Source: Bdellovibrionales bacterium (GTDB taxonomy: Bacteria > Bdellovibrionota > Bdellovibrionia > Bdellovibrionales > UBA1609). From it: DNA of 64,000 bases. The notes under the pieces are model-generated. The model saw only the letters and a program-made list of their open reading frames with translations, was not told where the DNA came from and searched no databases. The stretch covers positions 71,013 to 135,012 of the forward strand of contig JADJVA010000009.1 of NCBI GenBank assembly GCA_016716765.1, read 5' to 3'. Both the position numbers and the translations under genes were made by a program. Below, piece by piece: positions 1 through 8,340 of the stretch; position 1 is the stretch's first letter, and each line of letters begins with the position of its first letter.

Positions 1-179
1 ACTTAACCGCTTAATTCTTAATTCGTATTTGCTGTTCAGCTCCTCATCGACAAGGCCCGCCAGATATTGCTCATAGGTCAATCTGCCCTTTTCCGCAGCC
101 CGCGAGGCTTCGTTATAGCCTTCGGCCATGGTTGCAAATTCAGCTGTTTTAGGCCATTGCTGAGTTCTTCATTTGTCAT
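1..179 (-). pseudogene. istB: IS21-family IstB helper ATPase, N-terminal fragment (gene runs off the window edge) with an apparent 1-nt frame break near 135
   Basis: ATG at 179..177 overlaps the istA stop (ATGA at 176-179). That frame reads MTNEELSNGLKQLNL and stops after 33 codons. The adjacent frame continues ATMAEGYNEASRAAEKGRLTYEQYLAGLVDEELNSKYELRIKRLS to position 1. Joined, they give the usual IstB N-terminus (LKxLxLxxMAE..). An internal ATG at 129 could alternatively start a shorter product. Confidence 0.55.
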
Positions 180-1672
180 CCGGTTACTCCTTGTTGGTTG
201 GGAATGAGTTGATCATAATCTTTTAAATTTGGACTTATCGGGGTTTGGCCAAACCGTGTGCTGAGATCGATTACCAATGCCTCGGGTCTGCGCTCAACAA
301 GAAGCAGGTCTTTGACTTCCATGAAGATGTTCATCACGCCCACAGGCTGGCCAAGAACAATTTCTAGCGCACATTGGATCTCGCTTAACGGCGTGTGATG
401 GATGAGATTCATTATACGTAAAAACTCGCGTTCGGATGCCCCAGGAAGGTTCTCTTGGCTTTTGAGCCGACGATAAAGATCCCTGAATATTTTCTCTGGG
501 AATAAAATTTCACGGTGTTTCCATCGGATCATCGCTTGTGGCTTGCGGAGAAGGCTTTTTAAAATATGCTCAAGCTTTATGCTATGCTCACCCTCAGACA
601 TTCGAGGATGGACAACGATGACATCACTGCCCTTGCGCGTGATTCGTGTCTCAAAAGCACCAGCCACGACTCGGCACTCTAATCCGATCCATGCATCCGC
701 AACTGAGTAAGTGGTCTTGGCGACGCGAACCGTGCCATGCGGAGACGCACGAGTCTCTTCCACGCGGCAAAGCACATCCTCGTCTCGCGGCAACAGCGAT
801 CTCAACTGACCACACTCTGTTTTCAGCAGTTCAGTGACGGCTTCGCTTTGCTCCTGTTCACCGAAGGCCTCGAGCTCGACGTTGAGGTGGGAAAAATCCC
901 GGAACCTGATCCCATGAACATTTACGTGATTCCTAAATCTCCTCGACCAGGTTTGAATGTCGCGCTCAACATCACCTTTTTCATTGCCTCGGCCTGGAGA
1001 GCAGGGAAGAACTCCAAAATCGTAATATTTGATCGCCCTATTAAACGCATCCGTGTAGTCGCGGCCTCCGTCTTTTTTCACCCGCTTCACGCATGGACTT
1101 AAGTTGTCGATTCGAATATTTTTTGTTTGACCACCAATTTTTTCAAAAAATGAATGGACGCCATCCATGAAACATTCATAGGTCTTGTGTGGGAAGCCCT
1201 TGATGACGCAAGCGTTAGAAAACGGCAAAGTACCAAAATGTAAGTGCGCAATCACCGGGCCCGATAAAAATGGCAGTTCGATTGATTCTTTAAAATCAAA
1301 CTGTGCCTGCTCGCCAGGGGTATACTCTTGCTCAAAAAAGCGCTCTTTTGGCTTTCCCTCGCACCACGATTTCATTCGCCTTTGAATCGTGCGTTCGCTA
1401 CCCAAATAGCCTAGCGGACGAATCAGCGCATAGATCTCGCCGGCCGAAAGTTCCGGGGCGATAACGAGCTTCCCCCGAACAAAACCCTCAAACTCGGCAA
1501 AGAAATCCTGCCTTGAGGGAGTGGATCTTGGTCGATAGCATGGGGGAGCTGTCGATTTGAGGTACTTGCGCACAGTCTTTCGATCAAGATCAAGCTCCCG
1601 CGCAATCTTGGACTTGCTCTCGCCAAGGTGATCAAGAGCTCTTATTTTATGAAAAATATCCATTGTTATCAC
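176..1672 (-). CDS. istA: IS21-family transposase IstA
   Basis: 498-aa ORF with N-terminal HTH (ESKSKIARELDLDRKTVRKYLK) and a long catalytic core. It has a 4-nt ATGA overlap with a downstream istB, the diagnostic IS21 two-gene layout. Confidence 0.9.
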   Translation of the reverse strand: MITMDIFHKIRALDHLGESKSKIARELDLDRKTVRKYLKSTAPPCYRPRSTPSRQDFFAEFEGFVRGKLVIAPELSAGEIYALIRPLGYLGSERTIQRRMKSWCEGKPKERFFEQEYTPGEQAQFDFKESIELPFLSGPVIAHLHFGTLPFSNACVIKGFPHKTYECFMDGVHSFFEKIGGQTKNIRIDNLSPCVKRVKKDGGRDYTDAFNRAIKYYDFGVLPCSPGRGNEKGDVERDIQTWSRRFRNHVNVHGIRFRDFSHLNVELEAFGEQEQSEAVTELLKTECGQLRSLLPRDEDVLCRVEETRASPHGTVRVAKTTYSVADAWIGLECRVVAGAFETRITRKGSDVIVVHPRMSEGEHSIKLEHILKSLLRKPQAMIRWKHREILFPEKIFRDLYRRLKSQENLPGASEREFLRIMNLIHHTPLSEIQCALEIVLGQPVGVMNIFMEVKDLLLVERRPEALVIDLSTRFGQTPISPNLKDYDQLIPNQQGVTG

Positions 1673-1752
1673 CGGCTAAAGCCTCCTCAGTCCCGTCGTG
1701 GGACACGAGGAGTGATAATGCAGCCTCGGCTCCAACGCCAAGGTGGGGAATT

Positions 1753-2073
1753 TTAATTGGCGCGCGACCGACCTCGCAATTTTCCCAATGCCTCCAGCAC
1801 GTTACCAAGATTGCCAGAGTCCAATGCCTCCAGAAGCTCCCAAACCTTGGCATTGCCCGAGCCGCTCCAGACATCCAAAGCAACGCGAATCCATTGCTTC
1901 TCGCCGCTCGAAAAACACGCCGCATGCCTGCGCATTTCCATCGCTTGAAAACGAATTCGCGGACGCCTATCTTCGAAATAAAATTCCAACAGCTTGGGAT
2001 GATTACGGAAAATCACCGCAATCACTTCGTGAGTAAATCGATCGGGATCTGTAGCCGATTGCCAGCCATCCAT
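1753..2073 (-). CDS. hypothetical 106-aa protein inside the GC-rich segment upstream of istA
   Basis: ORF preceded by AGGAGG 6 nt upstream of the ATG and by a GC hairpin (2089-2104). Composition matches the IS segment, not the AT-rich flank. No recognisable motif. Confidence 0.4.
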   Translation of the reverse strand: MDGWQSATDPDRFTHEVIAVIFRNHPKLLEFYFEDRRPRIRFQAMEMRRHAACFSSGEKQWIRVALDVWSGSGNAKVWELLEALDSGNLGNVLEALGKLRGRSRAN

Positions 2074-2146
2074 AAAGGCCTCCTTTGGCCCCGCCTCGGC
2101 GGGGAAAAAGTGGCCAAATTTAATTTGTGCCGGTGGCCCTTTTTAA

Positions 2147-2680
2147 TTGGCGGCTAACACTCATTTCGAGGCCCTCAAAAAGCTGCTTTCGCCTGAACGT
2201 TTTTTTCCAATTGTGGGCCTTAAGACCGAGCAAGTAAACGAAATACCAGAGGGATCAATTGATTTGTTCTCAGATGTATTTGCGGCCGGAAGCTACTCAG
2301 ATCGCCCTGATTTGGTCTTCCTTAATGCTATCAAATGGCTGAAGGTAGACCATGAGGCCTATATCACTCTGACTACCGACACGTATTTGAGCGAAGAGAC
2401 TACTGAGGCGACATCAGTTTTTCCGTTTTTTTCAAAGAAGAAAGTGAAGAAGAGATGGCGAGACCGATCTTTCCTTGAGTTTTTTAAAAATATTCGAGGT
2501 GTTGATTTAATGTATTCAATAAAAGAACTAGGCCAGGGTGAGTCTGCATTGCAACTGAAACTTATCAAACGTGATATGCATTTTTCAGTTCCGGAGCTTC
2601 GTCCTTTAGAAATTGATAATTCTTATCCACCCTTAAGAAGATTTGAGAAAACTGGAAATATTTTAGTTATTTCCAAATAG
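2147..2680 (+). CDS. hypothetical protein, possibly 5'-truncated by the adjacent insertion
   Basis: AT-rich ORF whose first (TTG) codon lies inside the last repeat of the GC-rich segment, so the native N-terminus may be missing. No motif recognised. Confidence 0.35.
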   Translation: MAANTHFEALKKLLSPERFFPIVGLKTEQVNEIPEGSIDLFSDVFAAGSYSDRPDLVFLNAIKWLKVDHEAYITLTTDTYLSEETTEATSVFPFFSKKKVKKRWRDRSFLEFFKNIRGVDLMYSIKELGQGESALQLKLIKRDMHFSVPELRPLEIDNSYPPLRRFEKTGNILVISK

Positions 2681-2836
2681 GGCTAAAATGAAATAGGAAA
2701 AATTTTCGAAGACTGCAGGCAGTCTATAATAGAATTCTATCTGCGATGCGCGTGGCAAACCAAGGATATAGATATATTTGTTAAAGATCTTGATCTTTCC
2801 GAAATATTGGAAAGAGAAAAACAACTTAGGGCGGAG

Positions 2837-2860
2837 AAAAAACACTAGAAAGTGTTTTTT
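2837..2860. terminator. bidirectional hairpin between convergent genes
   Basis: Perfect 10-bp stem AAAAAACACT / AGTGTTTTTT with 4-nt loop AGAA. The A-run and T-run flanks let it work on either strand. The stem is AT-rich, hence weak. Confidence 0.4.
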
Positions 2861-2907
2861 CATTCCGCTCCTCAGTTTTCTAAACAAAAAGAACTTTATT
2901 TTGAGAC

Positions 2908-3453
2908 TTACTCAAAACAGGAAGAAATCACAGGCACTGATTCAATAGAATGCGATCCGTAGGTCTCAAGATCCTGAACTTTCACCCCATAGTATTTGAC
3001 CTCGACAGCGCTCTTATCTGACCCCTGCGGAAGCATCACACGAATATAACCAGCTCCTTCGACCTCTTCACCGCAAAGATTTTCATTTCGATAGGAAATT
3101 TCTAAGTTGACGGGCAGGAAAAGAAGATATTTATCCTTGCGCTTAGCTAAGTGACTAAATGGAACTTCGTAGGGAACCCACACGTCTTCGAATTTCACAG
3201 TGCCATCCACCTCTATAAGTTGCAAAGTCCTCACCTTGAGGACGACTCCTAAATCAATTTTGTAAGGGTTAACCCAACTTACGGAAAAATCCTTTGAGAT
3301 CAAATAGTGGGAAAGATTTCTAAGATGTTCTATATTTGATGTTTCTTCTCGAACCACAGGGTCAGAGGAGACAATTGAGAGGCTTGGCGGAACCAGCGCC
3401 TTTGACTCAACGGCCATATATAGAGCTACTAAAGCAATAAAAAAGTGTTTCAT
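2908..3453 (-). CDS. secreted hypothetical protein
   Basis: Start moved to ATG 3453 (GGAGGG 5 nt upstream). Signal peptide MKHFFIALVALYMAVESKA. Confidence 0.6.
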   Translation of the reverse strand: MKHFFIALVALYMAVESKALVPPSLSIVSSDPVVREETSNIEHLRNLSHYLISKDFSVSWVNPYKIDLGVVLKVRTLQLIEVDGTVKFEDVWVPYEVPFSHLAKRKDKYLLFLPVNLEISYRNENLCGEEVEGAGYIRVMLPQGSDKSAVEVKYYGVKVQDLETYGSHSIESVPVISSCFE

Positions 3454-3555
3454 GTACCCTCCGTTTAAGAAATTTATTGGGAAGATTTGAACCTGGTAGA
3501 AAGGCCCTGTCAACCTCAACCGGAGACCCCTAATATCTCATCTCGGTCATTGTTA

Positions 3556-4257
3556 TTATGGTGCTTTTAACAGTGCTAACAATAGCTCTGGTCGATTGTT
3601 TCGAGGATTATTGACGAGATTGGATATTTCTCGTGCTTCCAGCCAATCAGACGGGCATGGATTAAGGAGATTTTTCAGCGCCAAGATGTCATGGTTATGG
3701 GGATCAAGCCAATCTTTCTCCCCCAATCGAGAAAGTATAGCCGGCATACGGTTGTGTATCTTGGCTACAAGTGAATTAGCTGACGTAGTGATAATCGAAA
3801 ATGAAAATACCTCTTCGTTAGTGGTCTTCGATTTCCAACACTCCCACACTCCTGCTAAACTCATGATGGGATCGCCCTTCAAAGATATTGCGTAAGGTCG
3901 CTTCGGCCCCCCATCGGTGCGTTGCCACTCAAAGAAACCAGAGAATGGTACAATGCACCGACGACGTAGGAAGGGCTCTTTAAAGCTGCGCTTCTCGTCA
4001 ATATCCTCAGCCTTGGCATTTATAAGGCTATACTTATCGGCCGCCTTAACATCTTTCGCCCAAAAAGGGACAAGGCCCCATCGAAAAAAACCAATTCGTA
4101 ATTCGCCATCTTCTCGAAAAACGATGGGTGATTTCTGAGTCGGCGAAAGATTGTAGTTAGGAACAAAGCCGTTCAAAGGGTTATTCTTGGCCTTCTCATT
4201 TAAATAACGAAGACGGAGTTCCTCTTCAGAATAGGTTTGATAGGCTCGACCGCACAT
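3556..4257 (-). CDS. yedK: SOS-response-associated peptidase (SRAP/YedK/HMCES family, abasic-site processing)
   Basis: Begins MCGRAYQ (catalytic Cys2 of the SRAP family), about 230 aa. Motifs FFRWGLVPFWAK and FFEW are typical of DUF159/SRAP. Confidence 0.85.
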   Translation of the reverse strand: MCGRAYQTYSEEELRLRYLNEKAKNNPLNGFVPNYNLSPTQKSPIVFREDGELRIGFFRWGLVPFWAKDVKAADKYSLINAKAEDIDEKRSFKEPFLRRRCIVPFSGFFEWQRTDGGPKRPYAISLKGDPIMSLAGVWECWKSKTTNEEVFSFSIITTSANSLVAKIHNRMPAILSRLGEKDWLDPHNHDILALKNLLNPCPSDWLEAREISNLVNNPRNNRPELLLALLKAP

Positions 4258-4427
4258 ATCAGAAGCATAATAGAATTTCCGTGTCCAAAGGCATTGATAA
4301 TTTTGCTAAATGGCATTTTTTTAAAATGATTCCGTATTGACGCGGCATAGAATTCAAAATAGAGCAAAATTCGAAGTTCCCTCACATCTGAACTCACTTG
4401 GATGTTGTGCATCTGGGATAAAAGGTC

Positions 4428-5597
4428 TTGCAAAAGATGTGGACCCTCTTGAAACTTATCTTTTGTATTGATCTCAATCGACTCAAAAAAAGCGGGGGGC
4501 TGGTGCGCATTCACGCAAAGCAATTATTGTATGTATTTTTTTTGAGCTGCTTTAGCTTTCAGAGTAATTGCAATAAAGCGGCTCTAGCTAAGGCAAAGAG
4601 AGAGACCAAGCTCGAATCGCAGCCCAAAGTGCTTCGGATATTGAGCGACAGAACTCAATCTCACCTCTTACCTATCTTTGAACGGTATAAGGAGCGAACG
4701 GGAATTGAGATACAATCCCTATTTGTCGAGAAAGGTCTTCTTGCTAGATTACAGACTTCGCCAAGAGAAGCAGACATCGTGATCACGAAAGATGCCGATT
4801 TGATGGAGATTGCAAAAGAAAAACGCATCATATCTTCTTTCCGCTCAGATTATATCGAAAACATAGTTCCAAAAGAATACAGGGACTCAGAAAACTTCTT
4901 TTTTTCTGATTCGTATAGGGGACGGGTTATTTTTTATTCAAAGGATCGGGTTAAGGCGAGCGACTTGGTATCCTACAAGGATTTGGCTCATTCAAAATGG
5001 AAGAAAAAAATATGTATTCGCTCCGGTTATGATGATTATAATTTAAATTTGTTTGCACAGTGGCTGATAATTTACGGTCGGAAAGAGGGAAAGGAATTAA
5101 TCCAGGGCCTTCATGATAATCTTGCACTCAATCCTTCGGGAAATGATCGTCAGCAAATTAGAAATATCTTGGAAAAGAAATGCGATCTTGCATTAGCCAA
5201 TTCCTATTACATGGGAATCATGCTCAATACTACTGACCAAAGGAGTTGGGGGTTGTCATCGAAGGTTTTCTTTCCAGACCAAAAGCTATCGGGTACCGCC
5301 ATTCTTCGCTCTGGTCTAGCCCTAACAAAAAATATCGAGAATCGGGAAGCATCGATAAAATTTTTAGAATATATGGTTAGTCCAGAGGTTCAGAAACAGA
5401 CCTCTGAACTTACCTTTGCCTATCCAGTGACAAATGCGGTTGGTTTGCCAAAAGAGAATGTTCAGCTTGGAGAGGGCCAAGTTGAGGTGAAAGGTGGAGT
5501 TTTCAAAATTAATAATGTACCTCTTTCCGAGATTGCAAAGCTGAGACAGGAAGTTGCCCAATTTCTTGATCAGATTCAATTTGATAAAGCCCCATAG
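4428..5597 (+). CDS. ABC transporter periplasmic substrate-binding protein, FbpA/AfuA-like Fe(III) type
   Basis: Family-1 SBP features resembling ferric-binding protein: RVIFYSKDRV, SKWKKKICIRS, and ANSYYMG with the paired Tyr. The true start is probably GTG 4503 (G-rich RBS), giving the lipoprotein-like signal FFLSCFSFQSNC. Confidence 0.7.
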   Translation: MQKMWTLLKLIFCIDLNRLKKSGGLVRIHAKQLLYVFFLSCFSFQSNCNKAALAKAKRETKLESQPKVLRILSDRTQSHLLPIFERYKERTGIEIQSLFVEKGLLARLQTSPREADIVITKDADLMEIAKEKRIISSFRSDYIENIVPKEYRDSENFFFSDSYRGRVIFYSKDRVKASDLVSYKDLAHSKWKKKICIRSGYDDYNLNLFAQWLIIYGRKEGKELIQGLHDNLALNPSGNDRQQIRNILEKKCDLALANSYYMGIMLNTTDQRSWGLSSKVFFPDQKLSGTAILRSGLALTKNIENREASIKFLEYMVSPEVQKQTSELTFAYPVTNAVGLPKENVQLGEGQVEVKGGVFKINNVPLSEIAKLRQEVAQFLDQIQFDKAP

Positions 5598-7072
5598 TGT
5601 TTAGTTTTAACTTTTATTCCAGTCTTCTTGACGGTCTCTTAAATAGCTCGATTATATTGGCCATCACCTTTTCTGTCGTTGTGCCTCTGGCCTATTTTAA
5701 TACAAGAAATATTGTAAAATACAAAATACCCTATAGCCGAATGCTTGGTGTTCTTTCGATTTCTCTTCTCATTGTTCCAAATTTTATCTTTGCCAGTATC
5801 TATCGAGAATTTTTTTCGACGACTGGACCTCTAGAAGATGTTTTGTCCAGCGAGGTGATTTTACCATTGGGCAATGTCCCGATCAATTCTGTTGTTGGGT
5901 ATTCATTTTGTCTGATGCTTTCAATTTACCCTCTTTCCTATGCCGTTTTCAAGCCACTTCAAATTGCTCACCTGAGTTCCAACGAGTTAATAGGCCAAAC
6001 GCTATCTCTAAGTAAATGGACAGTCTTTCGTAAAATAACTTTTCCCTTCTTCACTCCCGCAATTCTATTTATAGCCATAATGATAATTAGTTCCATTCTT
6101 GGCGATTTCACCTCGGCGCAGGTCCTTGGCGTGCGGACATTGTGTACGTTCCTATTTAATTCATGGTTTTCGACTTACGACTATAACACGCTTATTCGCT
6201 ATTCATTGGTTGTACTGGGCTTAATATTTTTGGGCTTTATGTATTTTTTAATTAAGAGTTTGATCCGTCGCCGTTCTTTGCATTTTTACAATGTTAGTGC
6301 GAGGTCAAGAATTTCAATCTCTGGATCAAGAAAATATTTGCTCCTATTTCTCATTTGTCTCCCTCTCATTTTCGGGCTGGTCCTACCTGGCTCAGTTGTT
6401 CTAAAGTGGGCAATAGAGTCCATCGCCCGTGTTAATCTGAATCGTCTCTATGAATTCACCGGAGAGAGTGTCTTTATCTCCGTCACAGTTACATTCATTT
6501 CTATTCTTATCTCTTTTCTGCTGATTCTCTACCAAAGAAAAGGCCATCTAGGCCGAACTGGAGAGACGTTAATTTGGATTCTATCGGCGGGCTATGTCAT
6601 TCCATCTCTTAGTTTATCATTTCTAATTGTTTGGTTTTTAGGGGATACCTCAATTGCGGTGAACTCAAAGCTACCAAATCTTGTTCTTATTGCCCAAGTT
6701 ATAAAATTTGTTGGTCCTGCGGTGATTATCTTGAATTTGAGAAGTCACCAGATACCTCTGCAATACGAAATGACGTTGAGTTTATTTAGAGTTGGGCCCT
6801 TAGGGAGATTCAAAAACCTCTTTGTGCCGCTTTTTGGAATGTCCGCGACACTTGCCTCAAGCTTTGTTTTTATCGAGTCACTTCGTGAAGTTACTTCTCC
6901 TCTGATCTTAAGGCCATTTACGTACTCAACATTATCTGTCGAAATATTCACCTTGATCTCGCGAAATTTGATCAAGGAGAGCTCCTTGCTCATTATCTGT
7001 CTATTTATCTGCTGTATTTATCCAATGAATTTGCTTATTCGATCCTTAGGAAATGAAAACTATGAGAAGTGA
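5597..7072 (+). CDS. ABC transporter permease, two-module FbpB-like
   Basis: 491-aa polytopic protein of the size and duplicated layout of iron(III) ABC permeases. GTG start overlaps the SBP stop by 1 nt (TAGTG). Confidence 0.7.
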   Translation: MFSFNFYSSLLDGLLNSSIILAITFSVVVPLAYFNTRNIVKYKIPYSRMLGVLSISLLIVPNFIFASIYREFFSTTGPLEDVLSSEVILPLGNVPINSVVGYSFCLMLSIYPLSYAVFKPLQIAHLSSNELIGQTLSLSKWTVFRKITFPFFTPAILFIAIMIISSILGDFTSAQVLGVRTLCTFLFNSWFSTYDYNTLIRYSLVVLGLIFLGFMYFLIKSLIRRRSLHFYNVSARSRISISGSRKYLLLFLICLPLIFGLVLPGSVVLKWAIESIARVNLNRLYEFTGESVFISVTVTFISILISFLLILYQRKGHLGRTGETLIWILSAGYVIPSLSLSFLIVWFLGDTSIAVNSKLPNLVLIAQVIKFVGPAVIILNLRSHQIPLQYEMTLSLFRVGPLGRFKNLFVPLFGMSATLASSFVFIESLREVTSPLILRPFTYSTLSVEIFTLISRNLIKESSLLIICLFICCIYPMNLLIRSLGNENYEK

Positions 7073-8120
7073 TATTTTTAGGGTTGGGGATATCGTAAAA
7101 ACATATAGAAAAAAGTCCGTCCTCGACCATGTCTCATTTGAGATGAACTCAGACGAGTTGATTTCAATTCTAGGGCCAAGCGGTTCTGGCAAATCAACTC
7201 TGCTAAAAATACTGGCTGGCATTGAGAGTCCTGATAGCGGGCAGTTTTCATTCGTTAAAAGCGAAATTGACCAAATCCCCTATTTTGATAACTCAAAGAA
7301 TTTCGTTCCGATTGGTCTACGTGGAATTATGTACGTTTTTCAGGAGCCATCCTTGTTTCCCCATTTGACGGTACAAGAGAATCTAAGTCTTGGATTGGTC
7401 GCCCCTAAGTCTCCAGAATCAAAGAAATGGATAGAAGAAATTATTTCATTCTTTCTCATAGGAAATCGCCTTTCTCGGTATCCCCATGAGTTGTCCGGAG
7501 GTGAGCAGCAGAGGGTTGTGGTGGCCAGGTCATTGGTCGGCAAGCCGCTCATGTTATTGCTCGATGAGCCGTTCAGTAATTTGGATGATCATCTCAGGTA
7601 TAAGATTCTCATCGACTTAAAGTCCTTTCTATCAAAAAATGGAATCGCCGCTTGCCTCGTCACGCACAACCAAAATGAAGCATTTCTATTCTCATCTCGA
7701 ATTCTTATTTTGAAAAACGGAAAATTAATTCAACAGGGATCTCCCGTTGAATTATATACTCACCCAAAAAATGCAGATGCTGCTCAGATTGTTGGCCTGA
7801 GCAATCTATTGACAACAGAGGAATTTGGGATGCTTAATACATCAATTGAGATTCCTCGCTTGCCAAAGGGTGAGATATTTTTATTTAGACCAGAGGACTT
7901 GATAGCATCTGTATTCCCAATTAATGAAGGGAAATCACATGAGGTGGAATCGCATTGGTTTTTTGACAATAGGAGCATGGTTTCAGTTGTACTCCCTACT
8001 GGAAAGCAAATTTGGTGCTGTCTGAGTGGCACAACCATCACTTCCAGTTCTCACCGAAAGGTTTGCATTGAGATAAAGAAGTATCTCCAGATACAGGAAA
8101 GTTCTTATGAAGATACTTAA
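7053..8120 (+). CDS. ABC transporter ATP-binding protein, FbpC/PotA-like with C-terminal regulatory domain
   Basis: Walker A GPSGSGKST, signature LSGGEQQRV, Walker B LLLDEPFS. Overlaps the permease gene by 20 nt. Confidence 0.85.
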   Translation: MKTMRSDIFRVGDIVKTYRKKSVLDHVSFEMNSDELISILGPSGSGKSTLLKILAGIESPDSGQFSFVKSEIDQIPYFDNSKNFVPIGLRGIMYVFQEPSLFPHLTVQENLSLGLVAPKSPESKKWIEEIISFFLIGNRLSRYPHELSGGEQQRVVVARSLVGKPLMLLLDEPFSNLDDHLRYKILIDLKSFLSKNGIAACLVTHNQNEAFLFSSRILILKNGKLIQQGSPVELYTHPKNADAAQIVGLSNLLTTEEFGMLNTSIEIPRLPKGEIFLFRPEDLIASVFPINEGKSHEVESHWFFDNRSMVSVVLPTGKQIWCCLSGTTITSSSHRKVCIEIKKYLQIQESSYEDT

Positions 8121-8340
8121 ATTGAAGAGAGGCTTTACAACAAATTCAAGTGGAACCAATGAATGGGTTTCGACACAGAATAGCAATTCAAACAATCTAC
8201 CGGTAAATTATACTTGGAATAATTTAGGTAAGTTGGGCATGCTCGTTGTTCTTGTTTCTATTCTTATTTTTGTTGATCAACTTGTTCGGAATATTTTATC
8301 ATTTAGGAAAACAGAATCTTCTAATGAAGGCGAGCAGTGA
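8107..8340 (+). CDS. 77-aa single-pass membrane peptide, candidate substrate/partner of the downstream radical SAM enzyme
   Basis: ATG with AGGAAA 7 nt upstream. Overlaps the ATPase stop by 14 nt, and its own stop overlaps the rSAM start (GTGA). Polar N/S/T/W-rich head (GFTTNSSGTNEWVSTQNSNSNNLPVNYTWNN), then a TM helix (LGMLVVLVSILIFV). Confidence 0.5.
   Translation: MKILKLKRGFTTNSSGTNEWVSTQNSNSNNLPVNYTWNNLGKLGMLVVLVSILIFVDQLVRNILSFRKTESSNEGEQ

Larger units (their letters stand above)
1..2154 (-). mobile_element. IS21-family insertion sequence within a GC-rich foreign segment (partial; left boundary inferred, other end outside window)
   Basis: istA/istB plus a sharp by-eye drop in G+C at about 2150. 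There are three same-orientation copies of GTGG(C/G)(C/G)NNNTTTAATT(G/T)G at 1742-1764, 2110-2132 and 2132-2154; IS21-family ends typically carry multiple terminal repeats. The minus-strand outer end would read TGTTAGCCGCCAATTAAAAAGGGCCAC. An alternative end TGTCCCACGACGGGAC lies about 40 bp upstream of istA (near 1712). Confidence 0.45.

Noticed and set aside
1647-2157. Several overlapping ORFs in the GC-rich segment (1647-1925 -, 1663-2157 +, 1743-2036 +, 1757-1948 +).
   Set aside because: They mutually overlap in different frames, as expected for GC-rich DNA. Only 1753-2073 (-) has a canonical AGGAGG-ATG start, so only that one is listed, at low confidence.
4296-4314. Fur-box-like GATAATTTTGCTAAATGGC upstream of the Fe(III) ABC operon.
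   Set aside because: Only about 11 of 19 positions match the GATAATGATAATCATTATC consensus, and the dyad symmetry is poor. In AT-rich DNA that is not distinguishable from chance.
4200-4523. 107-aa minus-strand ORF spanning the yedK / ABC-operon intergenic region.
   Set aside because: It overlaps the 5' end of yedK in another frame and covers the promoter and signal-peptide region of the SBP gene. It has no RBS or motif.
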